A stretch of 64,000 nucleotides of DNA from Candidatus Poribacteria bacterium (GTDB lineage Bacteria; Poribacteria; WGA-4E; PCPOR2b): contig OZ242351.1 in the NCBI GenBank assembly GCA_965208675.1, forward strand, positions 3,040,001 to 3,104,000. The letters are read 5' to 3'. Position 1 is the first letter of the stretch. The number at the start of each line of letters is the position of its first letter. Shown one piece after another: positions 44,696 to 55,556 of this stretch. Both the position numbers and the translations under genes were made by a program. Below the pieces are notes generated by a model. That model made no database searches and was not told where the DNA came from. It worked only from the letters and a program-made list of their open reading frames with translations.

Positions 44696-45549
44696 CTACT
44701 TGCCATACTTGAATCTCGCAATCGCCCCCGTTCTGCGAGTTCCGCACGGGCATAATGCGCCGGCATGGAAGGCGACTTCCAACGCCCCGCAGTTTGCATA
44801 TCAACGACAGTGGCGCCGGCACGGGCTAACGATACTGCCAAACCGACACGAAGCGAATGCCCACTGATAAAGCCCTCGACGCCGGCTTCGCTGGCCCAAC
44901 GCTTGATAGCGTTCCTAGCCCCCTCGGCAGATAGCCGTCCCTTGCCAAGATGTTGTTGGAATCTTACCCGCCGAAACAACGCACCTGATTCGATTCCCGC
45001 CTTTCTACAGTAATGTTTTATCACCCGGTGCGTCAATTCGCCGATGTAAAGCGCGGCGCCCTCACCCTCTTGATCGGTCTTACTCTGCCTGACTTCCAAC
45101 ACGCCGTCGTGGATGTCCTCTACATTGACCGCGACCGCCTCGGATACCCGGAGCAGACAATCGCTCATGAGGTTTATCAGGGCAGAATCACGCAGACCTG
45201 CAAGCGTCTTACTGGCTTCCGCAAATGAACATACCCGCTTGACTTCCTGCCATGTAAGCCCCTGGACTTGACCGCGGCGACGGCATGTGAAATTGTGGAC
45301 GGCGATTTGCCGGCTTCGTGAAGTGCCGTGATGTATTCCGCCAGTGCCGCATCATGGGGGCGATATAATCCTTAGCTTGTCGATATGGAACGCCTCAACC
45401 CGACCGTCGAACCACTCACTGAGATTCGCCAACGCCCGACCATACGCCTGAATCGTATTCTCGGAGACTCCAGAACGTATCAACAACCTTGTAGAATCGC
45501 TGACCGAGACCGCCTTTTTACCCTGTTCAGCTTGTGCGATCTCATTCAT
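44696..45549 (-). pseudogene. degraded Cre-like tyrosine recombinase
   Basis: GLRDSALI..LLRVSE, SKTDQ, GHSLRVG, GRWKS..M..HY; N-terminus (SENTIQAY) in a separate frame; 1-nt loss in a G-run at ~44727 removes the GAIARFKYGK* end. Confidence 0.85.
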
Positions 45550-45940
45550 CTTTGTCCCCCTTATGTGCTTTCCCCAGGACTCTTAAATCTCCGTCCTCAT
45601 CCCTGAGAACAAGCATCCCGCCGTGTTCACCGGCGCCAAGTCCGGCCTGCAATACCCCGCGCTCGCCATAAACACTGACCCGCCCACCCTGTTCACCAGC
45701 GTGAAGGAGCGCCCCCGACTTTCTGTCCTCTTTGCCATAGACTGTGACAACGCCGCCGTGTTCACCGGCACTGAGAATCACATGCGCTTCGCCCAACATA
45801 TCCACGACCTCTAGTTCAGTACACCGTATCATGGCAAAGGTATCGCGTTGTGCCGTGCCGGACGATACCAGCAACGCCGTGATTAAACTGCCTACTATAC
45901 CGCCGATAATACCACTAATAATTTGCTTTTTCGTGTCCAC
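45542..45940 (-). CDS. TM-anchored beta-repeat protein (AGE[HQ]GG x3)
   Basis: AAGGAG RBS; paralog of 1645-2046; internal GCCGGTGAACACGGCGG repeats. Confidence 0.7.
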   Translation of the reverse strand: MDTKKQIISGIIGGIVGSLITALLVSSGTAQRDTFAMIRCTELEVVDMLGEAHVILSAGEHGGVVTVYGKEDRKSGALLHAGEQGGRVSVYGERGVLQAGLGAGEHGGMLVLRDEDGDLRVLGKAHKGDKDE

Positions 45941-46053
45941 AGTGATCTCCTTTTAGGTTGGGTTAGAGATGAACATCCTTCTTACTTCTGATAAAATCAT
46001 TCAATTGACGCAACAAAAGGTTTGCATCATGACTTTCCAACCATCCCGAACCG

Positions 46054-46335
46054 CTATGACTTTTTCCTCGTATTGAATCGCGCGATAAAGTCTAGATGGT
46101 TCTGCAGTATCGTCGCTAGCATCGCGTCTTGTTTGTCTAATCGTCGATTGACATCATCTATCCTTCGATCCATCTCCGATGCCCGCTGATCCATGCGGTT
46201 CTCTAACATTCTCGCTTGTGTCAGTACCTCCGTTTTTACCCCTTTACGCAAGTTCGAGAGCGCCTTCCACGCGATACCTACTATCACGATTATCGTCCCC
46301 GCCGTATACACAACATCCATCAAATACACATTCAC
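46054..46335 (-). CDS. small single-TM coiled-coil protein, phage-like
   Basis: 93 aa, N-terminal TM followed by heptad repeats. Confidence 0.6.
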   Translation of the reverse strand: MNVYLMDVVYTAGTIIVIVGIAWKALSNLRKGVKTEVLTQARMLENRMDQRASEMDRRIDDVNRRLDKQDAMLATILQNHLDFIARFNTRKKS

Positions 46336-46459
46336 TGTTTTCCCCCTTTCAATTGGTCATTCACTCGTTGGAATTTGCTCATCCTAATCTTCTTGCGCTG
46401 CCGCCCATTCCCGTGTTCATTCAAAGTCAATCTCTGTTTCCATACCGCTCAAAAGCAAG

Positions 46460-46488
46460 TTGACACGAGTTAATGCCTGTGTTAGAAT
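46460..46488 (+). promoter_or_regulatory. sigma70 promoter with extended -10
   Basis: TTGACA-N17-TAGAAT with TG at -15/-14. Confidence 0.6.
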
Positions 46489-46494
46489 GGCGCA

Positions 46495-46792
46495 GTATTT
46501 CAACCTTTGCGCTATTTGGTATGGCATAGTACCCCCAAATACGCTGTGTGTACCTCCCTTATTGACGAAAATCACATTGATGGGAATAGACATCACTTGG
46601 GTTTGAAAATAGATTGCCCACTCAAGGGAAGGTGCTTTAGCAAATATCTTGTGTTTAAGCGTTAGGAGCTATTTGGGGGCAAATAAATTGGAGTGCGGAA
46701 GTTAAATTTCGCCGGCCCATACCCGTAAGTAATTCACCCATGGACATGAGAATCTCATCATCAGCGAAAACAAAATTTCCGCACTCCTTTGG
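46495..46792 (+). ncRNA. putative structured ncRNA
   Basis: nested inverted repeats downstream of a consensus promoter; no ORF of 60 aa or more. Confidence 0.35.
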
Positions 46793-46811
46793 TAGGGTCT
46801 GATTCTAAAGG

Positions 46812-47183
46812 TTAGTTCGTCGCTTCGGCGCTGAATCCTGCTTGTTTAACAGCGTCAGTAAGTTGTGCAACTGAGGCTTTACTTGTATCGCACTGAACTA
46901 CCGCTTTACCTTCCGCTTGAGAAACATTGACACTAATCACGCCAGGTACTTGATTAAGTGCAGACTGCACTTTGGCTACACAACCGCCTCACGTGAGTCC
47001 CGTAACCGCTAACGTGATTTCTTTAGCGGCAGCAGTCTCCATTGATGGCTCTTCAGCCGTGGCATCCGCAGCTTCACTAGTCTGCTGTGATGTTTCGGGT
47101 GCTTGTTCCATCTTCTCCGATGCACAGCCCATGACGAAAATCATCGCCGCGCAACAGAGCAGAGCCAACTGTAATAAACGCAT
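46812..47183 (-). CDS. selenocysteine-containing heavy-metal-associated (HMA) domain lipoprotein
   Basis: lipobox VMGC; AVTGLT-TGA(46989-46991)-GGCVAKVQSALNQVPGVISVNVS...AVKQAGF; hairpin AAGTGCA-GTC-TGCACTT just 3' of the UGA. Confidence 0.85.
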
Positions 47184-47360
47184 TTTGAGTAACCTCCTCT
47201 TCAATTAAAGATTTAAGTATGTGGTTATTCTACGCCATTGAATCACATTTTGTCAATTTTAATCGGAACGAAGCGTGAAATACAAATTCAATGTAATTGC
47301 AACCCTAAGCGTTCAGGGTATAAACCCAAATACACATCGTGTCCAGCCGCGCACGCCGCT

Positions 47361-49820
47361 ATGCAACGATTTTCCCGGATTTTTGCCATATTCATTGCTC
47401 TATCCTCCTCACTTCTCAACGTAATTGCTCAGAGCGGTTCCTACGAAACAACAAACTCCCGGAAGGACGAAAACATCCATCCGCTCGCACAAGACGTTCA
47501 AATCATTCCGGCGCCTATCACAGAATTAACCAACGCACAAGCACGTTCAGCAGTGCCCCGCCAATCAAAAGATTGGAACGCGATTATCAGGTCAGTCGGC
47601 ATCCGGCCCGATGCTGAAAAGTGCCTGGATTGTCACTTCAAAGAGCGGTCTTCAACGCCGCAGCACCCCGGAAATCACCTGAATCTCCACAGCGCGGAGA
47701 TATTCGGTTGTACGCTCTGCCATGGTGGGAATTCAGCGGCGTCCGACATAAGCCAAGCACACATCTCTACCGCCGAATTACCGTTTTTTAGTGGTCGCCG
47801 CGTGGAGGCGGCGTGTGGAAAATGTCATACCGCACCAGCGGTGCCGGGCGCTCTCTCGCTCTCCGGCGGTAGGTTTGTGTTAAATAAATACGGCTGTGTG
47901 ACTTGCCACAACCTGCCCATACAAATACCCGCAGCACGGTATGCGCCTCGTCTTGATACCATTGGTAATAAAGTCACAAAATCATGGCTGAGGCAGTGGC
48001 TTGAAGATCCAACAACTTATCTTAAAGAATCAAAGATGCCAAAAGTCGAGATGTCTGAGCATGAACGTGAAGCCATCGTCGAATTTCTTCTGACCCTACG
48101 GAATGACGGACTTTTCCAAGTGATTGATGGAACAGGTGACGCCGAAAATGGCAGGAAAATCTTCGTGGCGAATGAATGCCAAGCGTGTCATGAATCGAAT
48201 GGAGTGAACGACAACCCAGGTCCCAATCTTGAACAGGTCGGAACAAAAATTAATCGCATATGGCTCACAACCTATCTCCGAAACCCCGCGGCACTCCATC
48301 CACATACAAAAATGCCGGACTACGAGTTTTCAGATCAGGAGATTTTAGATGTGAGCGAATACCTGTTGAGTCATTTTCCTGATGGCAAAACCCCAATGGA
48401 AACATTCCCTGAATACCATTCCAATCCTTCCAAAGCGAGCGAAGGATTCAAAAACTACATCAGCAACGGATGCGCTCAGTGCCACGGCATTACAAAATAT
48501 ATGGACGTGAACATCACTGAAAAACTGAAGGCGTGGGATATTGAGGAAACCATAGCGCGAATTCGTGCACATCGCGGAGTACACATCCACACCCCGCAGA
48601 TTGACATTCCCGAGTCAGACCTGGAATTGATGAAGAACCCCCTTTTGGCAATGCAACAAAACGACAAATATCAATTGCTCAGATTCAATATAGAAGGGCA
48701 ATCCCAAAAAGATATTAGTAAATTCTTGTCGAAATTCTGGCAGTTCCCCATCCCGCTTCAGGGTGAACCGCCCGAATATTATAACAATACGGTGACGCCG
48801 CTCGCCTCTGAATCCTGCGGAATGTGTCATACAAAACAGTGGGAGGATTGGAAATCCACCCGTCATGCGCTGGCGATGGGACCTGGGATTTGGGGACAGT
48901 TAGTCGACCAGACTCCCCGTTATGTTGACAGTTGCTCTCCATGCCATGCACCATTGTCCGAACAACATCAGCATTTACCAACGCCGAAAGGCGGACATGC
49001 CGTGAATCAACTGTATGATGCAAAACTACAATCTCAAGGGCTTGCTTGTGCCGCGTGTCACGTCCGATCACACCAGCGGTTTGGGCCCCCTTTTTCAGAA
49101 ACTGCAGCCGCAGCAAGCGTTTTTGGCGAAGGACACCACGGCGGTGCCGTGGCCAGCCGGGCATACGAAGACTCCGCTTTCTGCAAGTCGTGCCATCAGT
49201 TTGAGCCGAACGGGTTCAGTCTGAATGGCAAACTTCTAGAAAATACCTACAATGAGTGGCTTGAAAGCCCTCACGCCCGACAGGGAGAAACCTGCCAATC
49301 GTGCCACATGCCGAACCGCCGTCATCAGTGGCGCGGCATCCATGATCCCGAGACTGTCCGAAACGCCCTCAAATTAGGTGTCGAGGTAATGAATCAACAC
49401 AAAACAATAGAAGCCGACATTCGGTTGACAAATGCTGGAGCAGGCCACTACTTGCCAACCTACATCACGCCCGCGATATTTGTCACGGTGCGGCTACTGG
49501 ATTCAGCCGGAAATCCTGTTCCCGGCACCGACCAGGTGCGTGCAATTCAACGGCGGGCACCATTGTCGTTAAACCGGGAAATTTTTGACACACGCATCCC
49601 ACCGGGCGGGACCTGGGTGTATACCTACAACGTTTCAAAATCCAAACAGGCGAAATCCCTCGAAATCCGCATTGATGTCCATCCGGACCACTTCTATAAC
49701 GGTTTTTTTAAGATATTCCGCGCCAAAACCCAGGAGGCACAACAACACATTTTCAAGGCGCTTGAAACTACTGAAAACAGCCCATACCGATTGCTGACCG
49801 AGCACATTCCATTGGAATAA
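47361..49820 (+). CDS. multiheme c-type cytochrome (11 CxxCH), c554-like C-terminal module
   Basis: signal peptide; CLDCH, CTLCH, CGKCH, CVTCH, CQACH, CAQCH, CGMCH, CSPCH, CAACH, CKSCH, CQSCH. Confidence 0.9.
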   Translation: MQRFSRIFAIFIALSSSLLNVIAQSGSYETTNSRKDENIHPLAQDVQIIPAPITELTNAQARSAVPRQSKDWNAIIRSVGIRPDAEKCLDCHFKERSSTPQHPGNHLNLHSAEIFGCTLCHGGNSAASDISQAHISTAELPFFSGRRVEAACGKCHTAPAVPGALSLSGGRFVLNKYGCVTCHNLPIQIPAARYAPRLDTIGNKVTKSWLRQWLEDPTTYLKESKMPKVEMSEHEREAIVEFLLTLRNDGLFQVIDGTGDAENGRKIFVANECQACHESNGVNDNPGPNLEQVGTKINRIWLTTYLRNPAALHPHTKMPDYEFSDQEILDVSEYLLSHFPDGKTPMETFPEYHSNPSKASEGFKNYISNGCAQCHGITKYMDVNITEKLKAWDIEETIARIRAHRGVHIHTPQIDIPESDLELMKNPLLAMQQNDKYQLLRFNIEGQSQKDISKFLSKFWQFPIPLQGEPPEYYNNTVTPLASESCGMCHTKQWEDWKSTRHALAMGPGIWGQLVDQTPRYVDSCSPCHAPLSEQHQHLPTPKGGHAVNQLYDAKLQSQGLACAACHVRSHQRFGPPFSETAAAASVFGEGHHGGAVASRAYEDSAFCKSCHQFEPNGFSLNGKLLENTYNEWLESPHARQGETCQSCHMPNRRHQWRGIHDPETVRNALKLGVEVMNQHKTIEADIRLTNAGAGHYLPTYITPAIFVTVRLLDSAGNPVPGTDQVRAIQRRAPLSLNREIFDTRIPPGGTWVYTYNVSKSKQAKSLEIRIDVHPDHFYNGFFKIFRAKTQEAQQHIFKALETTENSPYRLLTEHIPLE

Positions 49821-49976
49821 TGCAATCGCGTACGGCGGAGATAAAGTAAACGTAGGCAGTTGATGCGAAAGTAGACACACGGTTTTACCATATTCCTTAG
49901 CCGATGTCGCCCCACCCATCTTTTGATTCATCAAACGGGTACAATTGTTTAAGCGGCAGAAAGGAGGGAGACTTCA

Positions 49977-52190
49977 ATGAATACCCAATTATTGATAAAA
50001 TGGATGTCTACGCTTATCCTGTCGATAGTCATAATCTATTGCCGCTATCCCGTTGCGTACGCGCTAGATTCCGCCGAATTTGAACAAGCCGTTGAACGCT
50101 ACCGAAATCGGGTTCGCAAGGATCCGAAAAACCTGGCGTTGCACCGCGAACTGATCGCACATGCGCAGCAAACCGGCCGATTAGACATTCCACTGCAAAT
50201 ATACAAAAACGCATACCTAAAGCAACCGGCAAATTCAATTGTCCTCTACGTCTTAGGATATACCTATATCAGGGAGGGATCCGAAACGTCCCTCATGGAA
50301 GCAGTAAAATTGCTAGAAATGGCAATAGAAAAGCGGCCTCAGTTTGCAGACGCTTATGCGGCATTGGGTGAGTGCTTTGCAGCTCGGGGGAATACCAAAA
50401 AGGCAATCGAAGCCTATAAAAGGAGTGTCCAGCTTAATCCCAACCTCTGGGAGGCTCACCTAAAACTGGGGAATTACCATCGAGATGCGAAAAACTATCA
50501 AAGCGCAATCGAACACTACACAAAATCCCTCGGCGCACGTCCCAAGAATCCCGTAATCCATTTTGAACTCGGCGCACTGTACCGAAAAACTGGAGACCTT
50601 CAATCTGCGCGCCAAGCTTTCACACTAGCAATAAAACATGACAAAGGTTACGCTGATGCCTACTATCAGTTGGGACAAATTTACGCTTTGCAGCAAAAAC
50701 CGAAAGACGCGCTGAAGCAATATCGCAAAGGGCGCGAGTTCGACCCAAAAAACGCCAAAGTCCGCTATCAGCTCGCACTCATCTTCCTGGACGGTGACGA
50801 CGGGCGTAACGCAATCTTAGCGCTGCGGAGTGCATTAGCCGTGGATTCCAAATACGCGGAATATGTGAATCTGCTGAACAATGTTAGCACGTTGGATGCA
50901 GTGGAAATCGCTGCGCAAATTCTTCAAAAACACCCTGACAATGCGGAACTTCAGCACTTCTTAGGCATGCTCTACCTAAAACTCGGCCAAACGCAAATCG
51001 CCCAAACTCATCTCGAACGTGCGAAAGCGCTCGATCCAAACAATGCTGACGTGCGGTTCACCCTCGCTGAAAGTTATGAGCAGAAAGCGCCCGACACAGC
51101 GATCGAAGAGTATAAGCAGGCGGCAGAACTCGGTAAAACCAGTCTCGATCTCCTGTTAAAACTGGCTGAAAGCTACCAGCAGGAAAAAAACTTTGAAGAG
51201 TTTCAAGGGATTGCCCAGCAGATTTTGGCGATTGATGCAAAGCAGCCGGAAATCCATTATCAACTGTCAAATTTTTATGATGAAAAATCCAATCGGAAAA
51301 AGCAAGCTGGTGAAGTAGAAGAAGCAGAAACGCTATTTAAGTTGGCAATCGAACATGCGAATAAAGCGTCCGAGCAATCTCCTAATGTTGCAGCCTACCA
51401 TCTCAAACTCGCGGGTTTTTATGATCGGCAGAAGCAACTCAAAGCAATTCGTCTCTATGACAAAGTAATTGAACTAGACCCATTTAACGCAGAAGCGTAT
51501 TACCGACGTGGGCTGTTCATGTCCAATTTCACATTTGGTGAGGCGAAGTTATTGCTCTATGATCCCGAAGATGTCATGGACGACTTGCAAAAAGCCATAA
51601 AACTCGACCCGAATTTAGCCGGCGCACACTACGCCCTTGGGGTCGCTCACGACCGGATGGGCGACGTCCAGAAAGCCATGGTTGAATTCGAGAAAGCAGG
51701 AAACCTTGATCACAGCAATCCAAGGCCTCATCTTTATCTCGGCGAAAAATATGCCAATTCCGGACAGTTCCACCTGGCGATAGCCGCTTTCGCGAAAGCC
51801 GTCAAAGCGGATCCGGAAAATGTTGAAGCCCTTAAAGACTACGCCTTCTTGTGCCTAGCCCACGATGAGGAACGCGGGTGGCGGCAGGCAAAACGCGCCC
51901 TTGAAAAAGCCATTCAAATTCGACCTAACGACGCAGAAATCCTGATGAATTACGGATACACGCTCTACCTCAGCAAAAATAATAATGAAGCGATTGCCCA
52001 TTATCTGCGCTCAATTGAACTCAAACCCGATTGGCCGCTAAGCCGCTACAATCTTGCAATCGCTTATGAGCAAATTGGCAAAAAAGAACTCGCCTTGGCA
52101 GAATATCAGAAAGTAGTCAAACTCGATCCGGAAGGGCTTCAAACCGAAAAAGCGTTGAAACGTATCCAAATATTGACGGGAAAACAATAA
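49977..52190 (+). CDS. secreted TPR-repeat protein
   Basis: many A.AY..LG...A..L.P repeats; AAGGAGG RBS. Confidence 0.92.
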   Translation: MNTQLLIKWMSTLILSIVIIYCRYPVAYALDSAEFEQAVERYRNRVRKDPKNLALHRELIAHAQQTGRLDIPLQIYKNAYLKQPANSIVLYVLGYTYIREGSETSLMEAVKLLEMAIEKRPQFADAYAALGECFAARGNTKKAIEAYKRSVQLNPNLWEAHLKLGNYHRDAKNYQSAIEHYTKSLGARPKNPVIHFELGALYRKTGDLQSARQAFTLAIKHDKGYADAYYQLGQIYALQQKPKDALKQYRKGREFDPKNAKVRYQLALIFLDGDDGRNAILALRSALAVDSKYAEYVNLLNNVSTLDAVEIAAQILQKHPDNAELQHFLGMLYLKLGQTQIAQTHLERAKALDPNNADVRFTLAESYEQKAPDTAIEEYKQAAELGKTSLDLLLKLAESYQQEKNFEEFQGIAQQILAIDAKQPEIHYQLSNFYDEKSNRKKQAGEVEEAETLFKLAIEHANKASEQSPNVAAYHLKLAGFYDRQKQLKAIRLYDKVIELDPFNAEAYYRRGLFMSNFTFGEAKLLLYDPEDVMDDLQKAIKLDPNLAGAHYALGVAHDRMGDVQKAMVEFEKAGNLDHSNPRPHLYLGEKYANSGQFHLAIAAFAKAVKADPENVEALKDYAFLCLAHDEERGWRQAKRALEKAIQIRPNDAEILMNYGYTLYLSKNNNEAIAHYLRSIELKPDWPLSRYNLAIAYEQIGKKELALAEYQKVVKLDPEGLQTEKALKRIQILTGKQ

Positions 52191-52409
52191 TGCAAAAGAA
52201 GGATCAACTTAGAACATGCACAGTGGCGCACCCAAATCACCGTAGGAGCGATCTCCGAATCGCGACCGCTTTGCTCATGCAAAACTCGTTCATACACAAA
52301 ACCAATAAATCAACGGCGATACAACGAATTGTGTTAATGCTTCATGCGCAATTCTTCGTCAAAACCCTGAAAACCCAATTTATACGCATTAAAATGGAGG
52401 TTTATCATC

Positions 52410-52832
52410 ATGCCACAACCCTTACCATTACAGTCAATCAATCACGTGTCCTTCGATGTCGCTGACCTCGAAGCGAGTATGGCGTTCTATCGCGATGTAC
52501 TTGGATTCCAGCGAATTCGCCGCCCGCACTTCCCTTTAGCACCGGGCATTTGGCTGTACAACTATGGACTTCAACTCCACCTAAAGCAGCCGAGGCACAC
52601 AAAGTTTAACGAAGAATCTCAAGAGCGCAATCTCTCAGTCACCGCCGATCATATCGCTTTTTATGTTCAAGACACCGATGAAGTCGAACGCTTGCTAAAG
52701 GAACATAACATCCCATACAGAGCTTTGTTCGTTGAGGAGGCGGGCATCACAATGGTGTTTTTTCAAGACCCCGACGGAAACCATCTTGAGGCCGGCACTT
52801 ACCCGCCGCCTGTCGAGTTTGTGGAAGGTTGA
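52410..52832 (+). CDS. VOC/glyoxalase family protein
   Basis: INHVSFDVADLEASMAFYRDVLG; FFQDPDGNHLE. Confidence 0.92.
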   Translation: MPQPLPLQSINHVSFDVADLEASMAFYRDVLGFQRIRRPHFPLAPGIWLYNYGLQLHLKQPRHTKFNEESQERNLSVTADHIAFYVQDTDEVERLLKEHNIPYRALFVEEAGITMVFFQDPDGNHLEAGTYPPPVEFVEG

Positions 52833-52834
52833 AC

Positions 52835-53335
52835 ATGGCACTTCGACGCAAACGCAAAACCGAATCTGAACGCGAAACTAATGCTTCACATGCGGAAAAT
52901 TTTCCAAACGCGCTCCATGCTAATAAATACAGTATACGATTTGATATCCTTCCAGAGATTTCCTACCTAGACATTCAACAGTGTAGGCTAATTGCTGACA
53001 TTTTACCCCTATGCAAAGGCTTTCCCGACGCGGTGTGGCTCTCGCAGCAAAAAGTTGAAGAAGGGCTTGATTCCTGTAGTGTCAACTTTTGGGCTTTTAC
53101 CAAAGAATCCGAAGCGATAAAGGAATTTGCAATCTGGTTTGAGAGTTTTTTCAGAGATGCATCTGTTTCTCAATTTTTGGAACGCTTCGTTGAGCATGCC
53201 CTTGAAAAAGCCGGGGACGAAGAAGTCATACTTGCAAATTGGTCTCGTATCCATGCGGCCGAAGATGAAGTCAAAACCATCGTCAAACGCGAAATCGAGA
53301 TGTCAAGTGAGAATAATTCGACACTTGACTGTTAG
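52835..53335 (+). CDS. hypothetical protein
   Basis: ORF directly following the VOC gene. Confidence 0.6.
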   Translation: MALRRKRKTESERETNASHAENFPNALHANKYSIRFDILPEISYLDIQQCRLIADILPLCKGFPDAVWLSQQKVEEGLDSCSVNFWAFTKESEAIKEFAIWFESFFRDASVSQFLERFVEHALEKAGDEEVILANWSRIHAAEDEVKTIVKREIEMSSENNSTLDC

Positions 53336-53417
53336 CACATAGAGCCATAAAGGTCGCATGCGAAATTAACAGCCTGCCGGTCAGCATCTTGTTGGCCATT
53401 TCCAATTCAAAGGGAAA

Positions 53418-55292
53418 ATGTCGTTTGTCCGTGCAATAATTCTGGGTATCGTGTTGATACCAATCAATCTGCACTGGCTCATGCATGCTGAGTCGCTCCA
53501 TCCGCCCGTCTACTCAACCCTCTTTACCCTCTTTTACAATGTGACATTCACCCTCTTTGTCCTTGTGGTGTTGAATGCGCTGCTAAAAAAATATTCACCA
53601 AAGTTCGCATTTCAACCCGGTGAACTTCTAATCGTCTACGTCATGTTGTCGATCGGAACGGGTATCTTTGGACATGACCTAATGATTGTCTTTGCGCCAA
53701 CATTGACCGCCTTCTGGTTCGCAACGCCGGAAAATGAATGGTCGGTCCTATTCCGGCAGCATCTGCCTGAATGGCTCTTTGTCTCTGACGAGAAGGCGCT
53801 GCTGGCGTTCCACGAAGGTGAATCATCGCTCTATATCGCTAAACATATCAACGCATGGCTGGTTCCCGTCGCAATCTGGGGTAGCTTTTTAATCGTGCTG
53901 CTATTCGTTTTGGTGTGCATGAACGCACTCATCCGTAAACAGTGGGCGGAAAATGAAAGGTTATCTTACCCGGTAATCCAACTGCCGCTGGAGTTGGCAA
54001 GTGGCGGTACGGGGTTGCTTGCTAATCCTCGCTTGTGGATCGGCTTCGCAGTCGCCGGCAGTTTGGATTTAATCAACGGTCTTCATGGGCTTTTTCCGTC
54101 ATTCCCCAATTTCAAACTGGTTCAAGACCTCCGCCCGCTTTTCACAACCCAGCCTTGGAATGCCATCGGTTGGACGCCCATAGCAGTCTACCCCTTTGTG
54201 GTGGGATTGGGGTATTTTCTGCCGGTCAATCTTGCGTTTTCCGCATGGTTCTTTCACGTATTCTGGAAGGCAGAACTCATTTGTCGGAATGCAATTGGAC
54301 TGTGGAGCACACCCGGCCCGTATCGGAGCTTTACGACATCGGGTGCATGGATGATTCTCACACTGTTCGTATTATGGAACAGTCGGAAATACCTCATTCA
54401 GGTGGTCCGGTGGTCAATTCGTGGTACCCCATCGTCAGTGGCTGCCAACGAGCCGATGACGTATCGAGCTGCAAGCCTTGGAATGATATCGGGCACAATT
54501 ATATTGGTGTTATTCCTCGCCTACGCGGGGATGTCCGTCTGGGTAGCAACCCTTTTCCTTCTAATCTACTTCCTTTATATGGTAGCCATCGCTCGCATCC
54601 GCGCCGAAATCGGTCCCCCAGCCCACGACGCTGAATGGATGGGGCCAGAACAACTCCTCCTGAACAGTTTTGGTGCGAGTCGTATTGGCCCTCGTAATAT
54701 TGCCATGTTTACTCGACTCTATTGGATGAGTCGAGCGTATCGCTCACATCCGGTCGGGCACCAGTTGGAAGGGTTTAGAATTGCACAGGTAATCAGGGCG
54801 CCAAGCCGCATATACCTAGCGGCGATGATAATTGCATCAGTGGTTGGAACTTTCGCCGGCTTTTGGGCATATACACACAATCTGTATGAACATGGAGCAG
54901 GATCTGGTGGCAGCTTGGGGGCAGAAGCGTTTCGACGGTTGCAGGTCTGGCTGCAAAACCCGGGAGCGCGCAACGATATGATGCTCAGGGAGGTCGGATT
55001 GGGAGCTGCCGTGACCTTCCTCCTGATGGTATTACATCAGCGATTCGTAGGATTTCCTTTTCACCCGGTCGGTTATGCCGTCGCTTGCGGTTGGGTAATG
55101 AGTGCCGCCTGGTTTTCGGTCTTTCTGGCGTGGTTGGTTAAATGGACAATCCTGAAGTTTGGCGGTATTCGGCTCTACCGCCAGATGGTGCCGTTCTTTT
55201 TAGGAGTAATTCTAGGTCAACACGTCGTCGGAGGGTCATGGACAATCATCCGCGAAATTGTGGGTGGATACGGGTATCGGTTCTTTCCCTAG
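53418..55292 (+). CDS. DUF6785-like polytopic membrane protein
   Basis: third paralog (ATPENEW, ERLSYPV, RIRAEIG, FPFHPVGY). Confidence 0.8.
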   Translation: MSFVRAIILGIVLIPINLHWLMHAESLHPPVYSTLFTLFYNVTFTLFVLVVLNALLKKYSPKFAFQPGELLIVYVMLSIGTGIFGHDLMIVFAPTLTAFWFATPENEWSVLFRQHLPEWLFVSDEKALLAFHEGESSLYIAKHINAWLVPVAIWGSFLIVLLFVLVCMNALIRKQWAENERLSYPVIQLPLELASGGTGLLANPRLWIGFAVAGSLDLINGLHGLFPSFPNFKLVQDLRPLFTTQPWNAIGWTPIAVYPFVVGLGYFLPVNLAFSAWFFHVFWKAELICRNAIGLWSTPGPYRSFTTSGAWMILTLFVLWNSRKYLIQVVRWSIRGTPSSVAANEPMTYRAASLGMISGTIILVLFLAYAGMSVWVATLFLLIYFLYMVAIARIRAEIGPPAHDAEWMGPEQLLLNSFGASRIGPRNIAMFTRLYWMSRAYRSHPVGHQLEGFRIAQVIRAPSRIYLAAMIIASVVGTFAGFWAYTHNLYEHGAGSGGSLGAEAFRRLQVWLQNPGARNDMMLREVGLGAAVTFLLMVLHQRFVGFPFHPVGYAVACGWVMSAAWFSVFLAWLVKWTILKFGGIRLYRQMVPFFLGVILGQHVVGGSWTIIREIVGGYGYRFFP

Positions 55293-55540
55293 GTTTCTTG
55301 ACATCTAAGTCAGGTTTGTGCTAGATTTGCTGACGATCTGGACGTTCTACCGCGTCTTCACCAAAAGGATAATGGAGTATTCCCGCATATCCTATCGCTC
55401 TGAGCAGTTAGCGATCCGTTATTTTGGATTTCCTAACTTGTAACCATCCTTGTCCAGTTACGTTAAAATATTTACAGCACCCAAATACAATTCAAACTAT
55501 TTTGCGGATTGCGTTACCTTAAACAGCACGTTATGAGTTT

Positions 55541-55556
55541 CGGCATAAGTCATGCT
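55541..55556 (+). promoter_or_regulatory. possible sigma54 promoter
   Basis: CGGCATAAGTCATGCT (GG-N10-GC, partial consensus). Confidence 0.4.

Noticed and set aside
46560-46640. Cobalamin riboswitch (GGGAA, GGGAAGG)
   Set aside because: Lacks the GCCCCCGC/ACTGT and GCCACTG cores, and there is no downstream sense gene.
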